NCBI GenBank assembly: GCA_951406725.2
Contig: OX597818.1
Coordinates: 99,448,001 to 99,512,000 of the forward strand
DNA from: Octopus vulgaris
Taxonomy: Eukaryota
Direction: 5' to 3'
DNA length: 64,000 nt
Shown: positions 1-14,372 of the stretch, one piece after another
How positions within the stretch are numbered: position 1 is the first letter of the stretch
Layout of the letters: the number at the start of each line of letters is the position of its first letter
Notes under the pieces: generated by a model
The model's database searches: none
What the model saw: only the letters and a program-made list of their open reading frames with translations
Told to the model about the DNA's origin: nothing
Translations under genes and position numbers: made by a program

Positions 1-2378
1 GACACACGAGTTCCATTTATAAACCACATATGACGTCATATTAACTTGAGATAACTTTCGTGATAGTATTGCATATTTCGACCCATATCTAGACGTATTC
101 ACTGATACTATTCTGCCCGATAATAGTAAATAATCAAATAAATAGGTAAACATTTGTGATAGCAACTGTAATAATTTTAGGTTAAACTTCATATCTATGA
201 CAAAAGGGCGAATCACTCGAAAACACGAATTACAAGAGGAAGGGACTGGACTATTGGATGAAAAACTACATGGTTGGGTTTAAGGTAATTTTTCCACAAC
301 AAAAAACAGTTCAACATTTGAGCAGGCTTATTTTTTTACACATGCATTTTTAGAACCAGCTTCCAAATGAAAAAGCTGCTAGCTGTGACCGATAAAAAAA
401 CTACCCAAGGAGTAAATGCTTTGTTTTTTATTCCTGCACCGCCACAGCATATATCTTTGCTTGAGGTACTGATAACTCTTATGTTATGATAACTCTTGAA
501 GGTCGAGTTATATCATTTTAAGTAGATAATACTGGAGGAAATAGATTATCGCACTAAACAGTGACTGTTCTGTAGAAGTGAAGACCTTTATTAGCTGTTA
601 ATACTGACTGTAAATCCTTATAAAGCCATGAGAAAGCAATGAAAAATTACTCCAGTGTATTCCATCTTTAAATTACTATTCGGAGACCGTGTTTTCAGGT
701 GATACTCAATGAAAAATAGAACTATAGGAATAACCACAGCAGCTTATATATAGTCTTTCAGCTAATGAAAACTGTGAACTTGCACCTACAAATAAATTGA
801 ACGTTACGAATCTTCGCTAGGAACATATTAATTCAGTTAGTTGCAATGTTTTAGAGCGTAAGATTCACTTTAAACAGCAACATAAAGAAACGGCGTATCA
901 TTCACAGAATAAGCTCCATAAAGAGTTTAATTACTTTTCTTGACACAATTTATTTGAAAAACTGAATAGCTAAGCGAGGAACTACATAAATATAGAATAT
1001 ATAAATGCATAATTACCATGAATATGTTTTTAAATTAAATTTTATTAAACATTAAAGGTAAATTGTGTATCTGCTGTTAACTTAATTGCTTGTATTTATC
1101 TTTTCTCTATCTAACACAGCGACGCAATTTGTTATCTCAGAAGTTTGGTTTTTACTGCCGATAATTACTGAACGCCAATTATTTTATTTGTTCTATTACT
1201 TACTTATTTATTAGGAGAAATTATTTTTCAATTTAAAAGTGCATCATCAACAACAGTAGCAGATTGAATAGGTTTAGTGAAACAAGTTACAGTGTTAACG
1301 TAATGAAACATACATGTGAACAATAAAAATAGTTATACATCGAGTATTACTATAAACTATATTACAAGCATATGCACACTTTCAGACGCAGTTATCAGAT
1401 ACTACAATATCTCACAGGGGAACTAATATGTTGTCACTTGACCTGGATGAAAAAGATACCGAATGCCTGTCACTGTGCCATTTTAAAAGGAGAAAGGTAT
1501 ATGGGATAATGTGCTCTTTGACGCAATGAACATATCTGGCCTGAGCAGACCTGGGTCTGAACATTTTACACATAATAAGAATGGATTATCTGTTGACTAA
1601 CGCTTCACTAAGGAAAAAACAACAACAAAAAAAAACAAATAAAACAAAAAAAGCAAATAATAATGAACCCGGAATAATAAACAACCAGATTATTTTAATC
1701 AAACAGAAGCTAAATTTACGCAGAGGTTTATAATCTCATCCATCATGTGCTTCTTGTTAGATATTAGCATAGACTACTACCTCCCAAACAAAATTTTTTT
1801 TAAAGGAAATTCCTAAAGGAGGCGATGAATTTTATATCGAAAGTACATCATCAGTCATAATTCTGCTCACTCATGATATTAATATATTAATATTTTAATT
1901 TTGCTAAAAAAATTTCTGTAAGATATTTCTAAGGAAAAAAAAATAGACACGATCATCTATAAACTTTCAGCACCCACGTAACACGTCCACTATGAGCTCT
2001 CAATGTTCACCAAGAGGTCGATATCTCCCAGGTTAATAATCACTTGTCAATCTCAATTTCCTAAACTTGCAGCAATTACTGTCACAGTCGATATCTGTTT
2101 AAGCGCCTATGATTATGATTTAACCCATAGCCAAAACCATTCTCACTTGCTCAGTCTATTTAAGTTCTAGATATAGGTATACTAAGTAGGAGGCACATCG
2201 ATATGTGTATGCATGTATGTATGTATACATACACACACACACATATATAAGTAAAAATTTAGATTCAGATGAATATGGTACTTAAGTTGAAGCACCAGAA
2301 TTTAGTACGGTATTATCCATACAATTTCAAAATAAGGTGATTAAAATCAAAATAAGCAACAAGGATATCCAGAGGTAA

Positions 2379-2470
2379 TGCAGTACGATCGTTTCATGCA
2401 ACTCTATTTTATTGAACAATGCAATCATTTTATTACATCAGTATAAAATGTAGAGCAATCTTCAGCTGCA
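2379..2470 (-). ncRNA. Type I hammerhead ribozyme motif
   Basis: Minus strand reads UGCAG-CUGAAGA-U-UGCUCUA...UAGAGUUGCA-U-GAAAC-GAUC-GUA-CUGCA: 5-bp stem I, intact core, long stem II, palindromic stem III (ACGAUCGU), GUA cleavage triplet. Confidence 0.75.
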
Positions 2471-3854
2471 CAAAAAGACATAGAATTTAATTAAATTAGA
2501 ACAGGACACATTAGTATAATTTTACCTAAAATCTCTAAGAAGTTAAGGAGATAGACAAAGAACATGTTGTACCAACAACATCATAGTTGTAACTCTATCT
2601 CAAAAAATTCGTCGGTTTAAGAGAAGAGTAAATATGGATATGCACCGTCGTAAAGGTATGTGATTACAGGTCGGTATTGTTATTGTTGTTGTTGATGATG
2701 CATAGCTCCAGATCAACCCTGAACGAACAGAACAATGTTTTAAAGGCGATTCAACCATCTTCATCCGATCTTTCTTTCCTGTACTTATATCCTTTAATAT
2801 GTCCTTCTTTTATTTTTTCAAAAGAAATTAGTGTATTATGCGAAGGGTCATTTTGCTATTTCCAGCGGGTCAAATGAGAACTAAACACCTGCCTTGTTCG
2901 TTCATATTTTCATCTTCTCTCCTAGTATCTCTCTAGATTAGCACTCTCTCTAGCCTTCTGTCCTCTTTTTATTGCTGTATATACATATAAATATATATAT
3001 ATATATATACAACATTTTTAATCTTCAGATTTTTAAAAATATGCTAGGCCACTGGTTTTAATTGATTAATATCAATTTCTACCCTTATTTAATTATATAT
3101 ATATACATATAAAATTATATACACACATACATACACGTACGTATGTATGTTTGCGTGTGTGTGTACATATGTATATGCGTATGTATGTATGCATATGTGT
3201 GTGTATTTGTATGTATGTATGTGTGCATGTATGTATATATGTATGTATATATGTATGTGTGTACGAATGTATGTATGTGTGTATGTATATGGTGTCACAG
3301 TTTTCTTTCCTAGTTATCAACTCTATTAATCAATGAAAAGGCTGTTTACTTTCTATGCTCTCCCTCTTTCTCTCTCTATCTTTCTCTATCTCTTTCTCTC
3401 TCCCTCCTAAACGCTCTCCCACTCTGTCTGTGTTTCTGTCTGCCTGCCTGCCTGTCCGTTTCACTGTTTTCTATTCATTATGACATATTCCGTACTTGCC
3501 CACTGTTTTTTTTCTATTACACTTCTACTCACATTCACACTTTCAATATTTCTTCTCTCCACCTTATTTCGTTTTTGTCTGATAGACACACACCATTTCA
3601 ATCAGTCAGTTCTTATTGCTATCCACTACCTCACACGCTTGCGCATGCGCACACACAGAACCATGCTATATTTACACACATTCTGTTACAAACGACACTT
3701 TATTAAACTCTCAAGCACTTTAATACACGCCATCTATCTTCTCTCCCGGATGTATTTCAGTTATCTCTTTATTTTCTACTTTTCTCATTTGTCCTTCACT
3801 CTCTCTTTTCTCTTTCTCCTTCAGTTCTCCCTCTATCTCTGTCTCTGTTTGTCC

Positions 3855-3896
<42 letters not shown>

Positions 3897-4899
3897 TCTC
3901 TATCAGTTCTTCAAACCAGGTGTTTCGACTCATTTAAAAGTGACATTAAATATTAAAAAAGACAAAATATCACTAAATGCAATTTTAAATCATGTATACA
4001 ACGCACACACATTTATACACATACACACATATTCACACACATACACTCACGTGCTCATAAACATACGTACAAACGCAAAACGAAGCAACAAAAAAAATAC
4101 AAACTACAACGTCTCCACCTCCCATCACTTATGCACTTCTAGATTGAAATATGATAAAATTATCACTTTTTTTTCCATTCTCCCACCTCAATCTGCGCTG
4201 TAATTTCAATGCTTCTGTGATTTATAACCTGTCAGAAATAACGGCAAAAATTCTCACTGGCATTACAGCAGAGTTGTTTGTCTAGTTCCATTCTTCATGC
4301 TCTCCAGCTTGCCATAGTTTCTGTGCTTGCTTTTAGTTTTTAAAAAAGTTCATTTATTTATTTATTTATTATTTTTACCTTTATTCTTGTCCTTTTTTTT
4401 TTTTTTTTTTTTTTTAAACTTTTTCTGTCCTTGCGCCATCTCGAAATTATGAAATGCAATGTTGCATCAAAAAATTGCAGTTGTCATTTTGTGATGGAAT
4501 CTCTATTATTCGAAACAAAAATTGCATAATATCGTCGTTGGCTCGAATTAGATAGACGCTTTTGTGAAATAAGTATGATGATGCAATTAAAAGAAGAAAG
4601 AAAAAATAATAAATAAAAACAAAAGCCCAAAGTCCAAAAAGCTACACCAAACAAAATAAAAAGCTTCTTGTTTTTGGCTGTTTCCTTATTGTATTTTGTC
4701 TTAAAATACACACACACACACACACACACACAGGCAAGCAAGCACTTCATAGTCATATGTACCAAACTTTTGCTAGTTGTTATATATACATATCGCAAAA
4801 GGATCAACGATCCATACTGTGCCATGGGCTCATAAGACTAGTTTCTTGGATTCTGTAGCTTGTATATTCTCTGCCTGCTCCATATCTGGAAGGCAGGCC

Positions 4900-5005
4900 A
4901 GTCCGCCACCGGGTTACTAATTTTTGCCAGCTGAGTAGACTGGAGAAACAAGAAATGAAGTGTTTTGCTCAAGAACGTAACGCATATCCCGCTCCAGAAA
5001 TCACA
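4900..5005 (-). mobile_element. Degenerate fragment of tRNA-derived SINE family C
   Basis: gctgagtagactggag...aagtgttttgctcaagaa matches the central part of the copies at 21685-22012 and 27370-27702. Confidence 0.55.
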
Positions 5006-5097
5006 ATATTGATACGAATTCCAAGTTATTAGAACTCATTATACAGAACTTTACAGTAAACCATCACGTCAGTGCAAAGCGTGATTATGTATATATG

Positions 5098-5196
5098 CAT
5101 GTATGTATGTATGTATGTATGTATGTATGTATGTATGTATGTGTGTATGTATGTATGTATGTATGTATGTATGTATGTATGTATGTATGTATGTAT
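5098..5196. repeat. (TATG)n microsatellite
   Basis: Direct reading; one of dozens of such tracts in the window. Confidence 0.95.
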
Positions 5197-7144
5197 GCGT
5201 GTATGTATGTTTGTATGTTTATGCGTGTGTGTTGTATATATATATATATTTATATATATACATGCACACACATAACTATATGTATATATACCTATGTATG
5301 CATTGATGTTAATTAATTATTAGCTAATGAATTAATGGTTGTTAGGAATTCTACAAATATTGATTGCTTCTTTGACATCTGGCCAATTCTTCAAAAATCG
5401 AAAAAACATCGATTGACTCGACCTGGTTCAATTGACCTATCATAAGAGGTGCTTAAACCCTGACCATCTTTCCTTTTTTTTTTTTTGCATATCCGCGACC
5501 ACATTATCCCATGGGTTCTTCCTCCATTTTTTAAAGGTGGTGATGTGTGATTTAAGGGAAAATTGACTGCTATTTCTTGTAGGCTGGCGACCACTTAGGA
5601 GGTCCTTAATTAGCTTATCACATGAATTAGCAAACAACGATGTTTGATTCACTTAAACCCGTACCTTTGGAAGCATTTTCAAATAGTGTAAAAGTGGTCG
5701 ATAAGTGAAGCTTTCAGACAAGTAATACTCCATGAGCTATTGAGTCGACAAGATAGATACTTAACTTGCAATGGAGTCGGAGGGACCTCTTCGTTGCGTA
5801 AGAAATATCAGGTACATTTTAAACCCGGTGCACCCCTTCATCGTTACATCTGAACACAACCGATACCTTTCGTAATGAAAGAGAAACAGAAGACCGGCTA
5901 CTTCATTTATCGACCCCAAAATTTGAAAGACTGGGTAGATGGTAGTTTGTGGAAGTCATAAAAATGCTCAAGGCAAGGTAGTTTATCTAGAGGAAAATAT
6001 TAAGCTCAGTAACCCAAGCTAACGAAAACTGAAAAAAACAAACAAACAAAAAAGAAAAACAAGAAATGATAAAAGTGCCTCTATACATTTTTCTTCTATG
6101 AACAGTTCTTGTGAGTTGTTGCTCTCGTTATTCTGTTTTATTATAGAGAAATAGATTGTGGACAATTAAGAATTAAGTGTATTTCACACAGTTACAGCTC
6201 ACTGCTAGTAACAACACGAAGATTTACGAATTCTTTAGTCCATTTAGACACATAATGGACCGTTAGAGAAAGAAAAAACGAACACAATGACAGACGTATA
6301 TACACACGCAATAACAATACATACATACATATATACATACATACATACATACATATATACATACATACATACATACATATATACACACATATATACATGC
6401 ATACATTATACGAGGTGTAAATAAAAGCAAATAATAGTTCTAAGTTGCTAAGAATAAATAAACACAATTTTTGCAATTTCAAATAAATGAGAAGGAAGCC
6501 AACGAAGAAACCCCTAAGCAGTCGATTCAGTTGGTAGAAATAGCAGCGTAATGCTTCTCAGGTGATTTACAAGTTGACTCGACGTCCTCGGAATTAGCTT
6601 CTTGAAACTTGTAGACGGGGTGAATGTCCTAGCTTCCGGACTTGCGAATGTTGACGTACAGAGAACTACAGATTACGTAGCCGGCTGTTCTTGGGATCTA
6701 AGTTCTAACATCAAAAAAGTATTTCTAACTAAATACTAACAATAACATTGCCTTAAAAGAAAAGACAAACAAATAACTAATGATTAAATAAGTGTATATA
6801 GCCAGGAACATTTCTCACGATATCTAGACAATTTCTTATAATTTTCTGGTTTTTTTTTTAACTGATTTCATTATCTTGTTGAAAATATTTGTTGATTTTA
6901 TAATCACCAAGTGTTTATCGTATATTTTCAGTTTATCACTGATTATATATTACACATATTGATTTTCAAATTTCATCTCTTTATGATTATTGAAGTGGGA
7001 ATATATGTATGTATGTGCGTATGTTTGAATGTATGTATGTATGTACGATAGTATGTTTCGGTATGTGCATGGATATCTGTATACTTATACGTATGAGTGC
7101 GTGTATCACTCTACATATTTTCTCCCTTCATCTTTCCTTCAGTA

Positions 7145-7193
<49 letters not shown>

Positions 7194-7358
7194 CTGTGTG
7201 GTTGTATTGTCCAGCGTGTGTATTGCAGACGCAAACATTTACTGTATAAAAGACACATAAATTACAACACACAAACTCACATGAATATATAATAGATTAA
7301 ATATTTATCTGCTATAAATATACGTACACTTGCATTCTCTTCCTCTGCCTCTCTGTCA

Positions 7359-7530
<172 letters not shown>

Positions 7531-7630
7531 TTTGTATATCTTTATAGGTATATGTATACGCACACACACACATATATACATACATACAAACATACGTACA
7601 TACATACACACACATATATATATATATATT

Positions 7631-7784
7631 TATTCTCTCTCTGTTTATTTCCCCGTGTTCGTTTCTGTTGAAGAGCGTAGGCTCGAAACGTAAAAGACTC
7701 TCTCACCTTCTTGAGCATGAAACTAATACACCTGCTTGTTGTTTATACACCTATTTTCGTCTTTTGCATTTCTGTAAATTTCAA

Positions 7785-7788
<4 letters not shown>
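7631..7788 (+). mobile_element. Short non-coding element between (TA)n tracts with a minimal hammerhead-like motif (7661-7697); probable Penelope-like element terminal fragment
   Basis: UUU-CUGUUGA-A-GAGC-GUAG-GCUC-GAAAC-GUA-AAA; core A6 is U here, and stem III is reduced to the palindrome ACGU. Confidence 0.5.
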
Positions 7789-7849
<61 letters not shown>

Positions 7850-8171
7850 TCGATCTTTTGGTGTCCTGTATATGTATATGTACATGTAGAGGTAGGTACG
7901 TACATATATGTTTATATATATGCATATGTTCTATTTTATTAACATATTATACGACTAACGCACGCTATTTATTTTCCAACTGTTTATATATAATTTTTTT
8001 TTTTTTACTGTTTATATGTTTGTACTGTCGTTACCGTCTTGCTTTTTTTTACTATTTTTTACCCCTCTGCGAAAAGATCTCAAATTTTAATTGATTTGCT
8101 TTTCGCAGGACTTTTTCGAGATACTGTTTCATTCAAGAGAAATCCTTCGACTGAAGATATATACATATATA

Positions 8172-8260
<89 letters not shown>

Positions 8261-8288
8261 GTATGTGTGTGTGTGTGTGTAAATACAC

Positions 8289-8418
8289 ATTATGGCTGCC
8301 CCCTCGTTATCGAGTACGGCCATTGCACGAAGCTTAACTGTTACTGGTGCTGTGATCGAATGTGACTTTTTAGCCCAGCTAAAGATCTACAATGTCTTGT
8401 ACAGAATTGGCAACTAAA
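8289..8418 (-). mobile_element. 5'-truncated RTE-type LINE 3' end (last C2H2 finger, 3'UTR, tail)
   Basis: Encodes [24 protein letters not shown]; nearly identical to 51910-52040 and 56901-57010. Confidence 0.8.
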
Positions 8419-8487
8419 AAATATACATACACACATACATACATACATACATACATACATGCATATATGCATACACACACACACGTG

Positions 8488-8522
<35 letters not shown>

Positions 8523-9184
8523 GTACATCAGAATTTACATACGGATTTAAATATGTATCTATAGATAAATATTCATACATTAACATACAGACGTGGACAC
8601 AAGCCCAGCCACACATGGTCGCACGTATGTAAATGTATATGGAAATGTGTATATCTATATATATACTTATGTGTGTGTTTTGCGATGCAATTAACGAAGA
8701 GTTATATACATATATATCCATACACACATGAACGTCAGAATTATCTGTTTGTCTGCATATATGTATGTGTGAATATATACACATATGTATATATATATAT
8801 AATAGCCTATATATATATATACATATACTCACATAGACGCGCGTATGTATGTGTGTATGTATGTATTATGTATGCATCTCAGATGGCAAGTAAAGAATCG
8901 GATAGCTGAGGGTTATTTTATTGTTCTGAAATATCGTTGGTACTTTTTTCTGTCTTGAAGATGCTGGTTTACCAATATATTATTTGTATTGGCAGTAATT
9001 ACAGAGATAGAAACATAATTTGGAGGAGCTGTGTGTGTGTGTGTGTGTGTGTGTGAGTTTGCTCATGAGAGAGGAAGAGAGTGAAAGAGAGAGTGAGAGA
9101 GAGAGAAAGAGAGAGTGAGAGGAAGAGAAAGAGAGGCTAATGTAGGAAAGACAGTGAGAAAGTGAAGAAAGAAATGATAAGATT

Positions 9185-9248
<64 letters not shown>

Positions 9249-9325
9249 TTATCTATCCCTATCGATCTATCTATCAATGTGTCTGTCTATCTATGTGCCT
9301 GTTTGTCCGTCCGTCTGCTCGTCCG

Positions 9326-9357
<32 letters not shown>

Positions 9358-9813
9358 CTTATCTCTCTATCTCTGTATCCATCTACCTATCTGTCTATCT
9401 GTTTATCAACCTATGTTTGTTTGCCTATCTCCCTATCTGCCTGTGCTCCAGTATGGCCGTAGTCAAATGACTGAAACAATTAAAAGAATAAAAAACACAC
9501 AAGTACGCATATACGTACATATGTGTGTGTGTGTGTGTGTGTGTGTATTTTCCATAGTTTTTTGTTATAATAGTATTTCTCACTGAGTCTTCTGGTGGAC
9601 AATGAAAAGAAAAGTAAAACAAACAGATAAAAAAAACAAATAAAAAATCAAATAACAAGCAAACATTGACAACGGCCATTCTTAATAAAGAAACAAATAA
9701 GAAACTAAATAGAAAAAAAAATCAACAACAATAACAACAATAACATTGTTAACCAGAATAACAAAGAATAACAAACATCAAATGATACTAATTTGTTATT
9801 CTCTTCATGTCTT

Positions 9814-9865
<52 letters not shown>

Positions 9866-10002
9866 TACACGCATACACACACACAGAAGCGGGCGTCTTT
9901 ATTTTCATACACATACACACACACACACACACCTACACACACATATACGCATGCAGAGACACGGGGGGCAAGCGCATCACTCTGCATTTGCGTATTCATA
10001 CT

Positions 10003-10237
10003 GATTTCAAATTTTGGCACAAGACCATCAAATTTTCGGAGGAAGGGATAAGCCGATCATATCAACCTCAGTGTTCAACTGATACTTATTATATTAATCT
10101 CCGTACCCACCCCATCCCCGAAAGGATAAAAAGTAAAGTCGACCTCGGCGGAATTTGAACTCAGAACGTAGAGACGGACGAAATGCTGCTAAGCATTTTG
10201 CTCGGCGAGGTAACGATTATCCCAACTCACCACCTTC
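10003..10237 (-). mobile_element. SINE family B2 (B head and centre, 3' end ...gtgccaaaatttgaaa)
   Basis: aaagtcgacctcggcggaatttgaactcagaacg and tttcaaattttggcacaag are shared with other B copies. Confidence 0.8.
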
Positions 10238-10486
10238 ACTTATGCATTCATATTGCAACAATGTTGGACCACGTTTACGTATAAACAGCTGTAGATTATA
10301 ATATAATAGAATTTTGATTGCGCTACACAGAAACTGCTTTTTCCTTTTTACTTTACCATTTAAAGCCTGACGAATATGTCATAAACTTACACATACTGAC
10401 TACAGATATTATATATGTTATTCAAACGGATCCACATGGAGACATAGATATATGTATATATACATTCATAACAGTATATATAACAT

Positions 10487-10717
10487 GTAAAGTTAATCCA
10501 AACAAGAAAGCACAAAAAAATACAACAACACGAGGACGTGGAACAAATATAGTATTATTGGACGCTCAGGAAAGAAGGAAAGAAGGAGGGTTTAACGTTT
10601 CGAGCGGAGCTCTTCGTCGGAAACATAGGAGAAGGAAAGATCCAGAGAAGGGAAGACAGAGGAAAAACAATCGCCAACGGTACACATGAGGTCACATTTT
10701 GAAAGACCGGAAGGAAA
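10487..10717 (-). mobile_element. Short non-coding element with a minimal hammerhead-like motif (10590-10624)
   Basis: Minus strand GUUU-CCGACGA-A-GAGC-UCC-GCUC-GAAAC-GUU-AAAC; U4 is C; same architecture as 7661-7697; (TA)n on the right flank. Confidence 0.55.
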
Positions 10718-11054
10718 TATATATATATATATATTTCATATATTTCATATATGTCATATTTCTTTTGTCTTATCCATTGCTTTAGGTCGTGCTGAATTTT
10801 ATTTTTATTTGAGAACAAAATCTTTGTGGAGAATGGCGATTTGACGTCTATATCTAGCATGTTGACTGACCACCTTTTCGTGCTCAGTCCTTAATTGGTA
10901 TATATATATATATATATATATATACAAGGGCAAAAGAAAAAAATTTCAATGCCAAATATGCTGAAATAGACTTTATCGTCAATTACCATTGGCCATTGAT
11001 AAAATTTCTTCGAAAATGTTATCCTATATTAGATGTAAATATATATATATATAC

Positions 11055-11094
<40 letters not shown>

Positions 11095-11111
11095 ACACAC
11101 ACACATATATA

Positions 11112-11316
11112 CTGTGGAAATGAGTTGCGACGTCACTGGTGCCAAACTGTATCGGCCTTTTCCTTTCCTATGGATAATATCCGTGGCGTGGAGAGGTGAG
11201 GCTGGTATGTATGGGCGGCTGCTGGTCTTCCATGAACAACCTTGCCCAGATTTGTTCCTCGAAGGGTAACTTTAAGATGCAATCACATGGTTATTCATGA
11301 CCGAAATGGATCCTTT
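11112..11316 (+). mobile_element. SINE family C, 5'-truncated
   Basis: gaaatgagttgcgacgtcactggtgccaa...attcatgaccgaa matches the 3' half of 43280-43600. Confidence 0.85.
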
Positions 11317-11932
11317 ATATCGATGGATGGGTAGGCAGATATACAGACATGCTCTCAGATAGATAGATAAATATACATGATACCTGTTTATCACAGATAA
11401 GTGTCCAATACAGTGACACAACCCAGCAAAATTTATCATAGAACTGCTACCAATTTAAGTTGAGAATATACGTATCTATGGTACTTAGATGCAGCTATGC
11501 AGACTGGGAGATAAGAACGTTGGTCAAGCACACAAACTCTAAATGATAGATTACTAATCAACGACTTTTCTACTCGTAGTCCAATTGTCTATCGACTTAA
11601 TTACTCATGCTCTCATCTTAACGGACGAATGAATGAATACGTAACACAAATTGGATCCACGCACTCAGTGAGACAATATGACCAAATAGAAAACCATATG
11701 AGAGACCTGGACTTCATATTTACTGCAAGCGTTTTCTTTACATCACAAAGAGTTATGATTATTCTGTATTGTTTCAATTAACCTAACTGTAAAGAAATAT
11801 CGTGACTTCTCAAAATAGACTGAGATGAAATTCAAAGTGACATGATATTTAGAGGAAGAATCATTTTTCATTCGCCTAACGCTTCTGAATTCCAAGTTAA
11901 GTACTAGTTTCATGAGCTCCTATGCATACATG

Positions 11933-12119
<187 letters not shown>

Positions 12120-13297
12120 AAACATACATACATACATACACAAACCGATACTGATAGAAATGCTTGGATTATTGTGATATCTTGGCAAGTTTCCAGACAA
12201 ACGTAAATTTCTGATCTCTATTGATGTTGACTTACCCAATTGCTTTTCATTGACCTAATCATTCCATAATATAGACTCTTATCACCTACTAATGATAATC
12301 TTTATATAGCTCTGAACATATGCAACGTGACAATAGGGAAGATTCTACATAGCATTTTTCATCTGCTAGAAATAACAACTAAATCAGTGTAAAATCACAT
12401 TCTACCGTTTCTTACAAAAATATAGGAAACAGTTTTCTTCATTGGTCTGTTCTGTCAGAATTAGTGTGAGGTTAAATAAATAAACAACCAAGCAAATAAA
12501 CAAGCAAGCAAATAAATAAATGCTAAAAAAATTATTAACAAAAACTACAGCAACGACATCTAGAACTTCGGCATAAATATATAACTATCAGTTTTATGTG
12601 TGCAGACAATAGCACTAATTATCTGTATAAAAATTCCTCTTTCGTATACATTCCATTATTAGTCTTAATCACTTATAATAATTTCCGATGTGTATTTTTA
12701 TATTTTGTGTAACGCAGAAAGAGGCGATCTAACTATAAGTAGAGGGTGAGTAAGAGGCAGTTGCAGGAGGAGAATTAAAAGGAAAGTCTGTCACTCTCTC
12801 ACTGTTCCTAGTTATATATCACTAATACTTCCACACATATATACACACACATTAAAATGCACTTATATTACTTATTATGCATGTGTGCGTGTGCTATGTG
12901 TATGTATATCTAGTTCTGACGCTTTTTGTATTAGAAATATTCTCTACATCGCTTAAACCACACTCTTCCTTTTTCTCTCTCTTCTCTCATTCTCAGAATT
13001 TTTTTCTATGTATATTTTGTAACTTTTCCCAAGAATTGTGTTTGATAGCTTTTTGCAGACAGGGAGTGGAAATTTAACACAAACATTTAAAAAGTATGAA
13101 ATTCAAATAAATTTAATGCAAAGTTTAAATAATATTTAAATATTTATATTTAAGATAACATTAATTTTTATATATTAACTATATTTAATAATAATTTCCA
13201 ATATATTTAAAAATGATGAACATATTTACCATTGTTATAGATGGCCCGGGTGTACTAGTGAAAATACGAAAGTTTAAAATAGTCATAATCCAATACA

Positions 13298-13700
13298 TTT
13301 TACTTGTTTCAGTCATTTGACTGCGGCCATGCTGGAGCACCGCCTTTAGTCGAGCAAATCGACTCCAGGACTTATTCTTTGTAAGCCTAGTACTTATTCT
13401 ATCAGTCTCTTTTGCCGAACCGCTAAGTTACGGGGACACAAACACACCAGCATCGGTTGCCAAACGATGTTGGGGGGACAAACACAGACACGCAAACATA
13501 CACACACACATACATATACACGTATATACATATATACAATGGGCTTCTTTCAGTTTCCGTCTACCAAATCCACTCACAAGGCTTTGGTCGACTCGAGGCT
13601 ATAGTAAAAGACACTTGCCCAAGGTACCACGCAGTGGGACTGAAGCGGGAACCATGTGCTTGGTAAGCAAGCTATTTACTATACAGCCACTCCTGCGCCT
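13298..13700 (-). mobile_element. SINE family A, full length (~400 bp; tRNA-like head, internal microsatellite, A-rich tail)
   Basis: Minus strand starts GGCGCAGGAGTGGCTGT; aligns end to end with the copies at 28996, 36940, 41073 and 44105. Confidence 0.9.
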
Positions 13701-14089
13701 ATATTGATTTTCCTTATTCGACTGGTATTGATTTTATCGACCCTTAAGACATCTAAGACAAAAAATTACCTCGATAGGATTCCAATGAGAGGCACAGTCG
13801 TTAAAGGAAAAAATCACAAAGGGTTTTGGCTGCATCGGCTTCGATTCAATTCTCCAGCAAAACGATGTTTGCGACGACTTCGACGTGACGACACTGTCGA
13901 TGATGTCGTCTAGCAAACGTGCAAAGGCATATGTTTTGATGAAGACTAGTTTTAGCCAATGAAAATCGATACCAGTTCTCTGATTGCTAGTTTTTTTTTC
14001 AAATTTCAAGACTGAAATACGAAGCTGGCAGTGGAGGAAACTGAACTCACACCGTAGCTAAATATCGCAAATTATTTATCTTGGCCGAA

Positions 14090-14291
14090 TCATTAGAGCG
14101 TCGGTAAAAAGAAATACTTCGGACTATTTCAAGCATCTCTTTAGATTCTGAATTCAAATCCTGCCGAAGTCAGCCTTGACTTTTCATCTCTCTCGGCTTC
14201 ATAGAATATGCTACCAGTCAAGCACTATTGTAGATGGTATTGAGTAAGTTTCTCAAATATGTGGCCTTATGCCAAAATTGGAAGGAATTAC

Positions 14292-14349
<58 letters not shown>

Positions 14350-14372
14350 GTTATTATTATTATTATTGTTAT
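14090..14372 (+). mobile_element. Diverged SINE family B2 with (ATT)n tail
   Basis: gaattcaaatcctgccgaagtc and gtggccttatgccaaaattggaa followed by (att)n. Confidence 0.65.

Noticed and set aside
1-760. Exon-like segments (181-284, 352-410) with AG/GT ends
   Set aside because: In-frame stops, very short putative introns and no recognisable product.
6540-6720. GC-richer unique patch, possible exon
   Set aside because: No consistent splice pair and frame on either strand.
11896-11920. Minus-strand GAAAC-UA-GUA, like a hammerhead 3' half
   Set aside because: The CUGANGA half is absent (replaced by microsatellite).
12234-12295. Consensus minus-strand donor TGG|gtaagt
   Set aside because: The good acceptor gives stops in all frames, and the open alternative has a weak acceptor.
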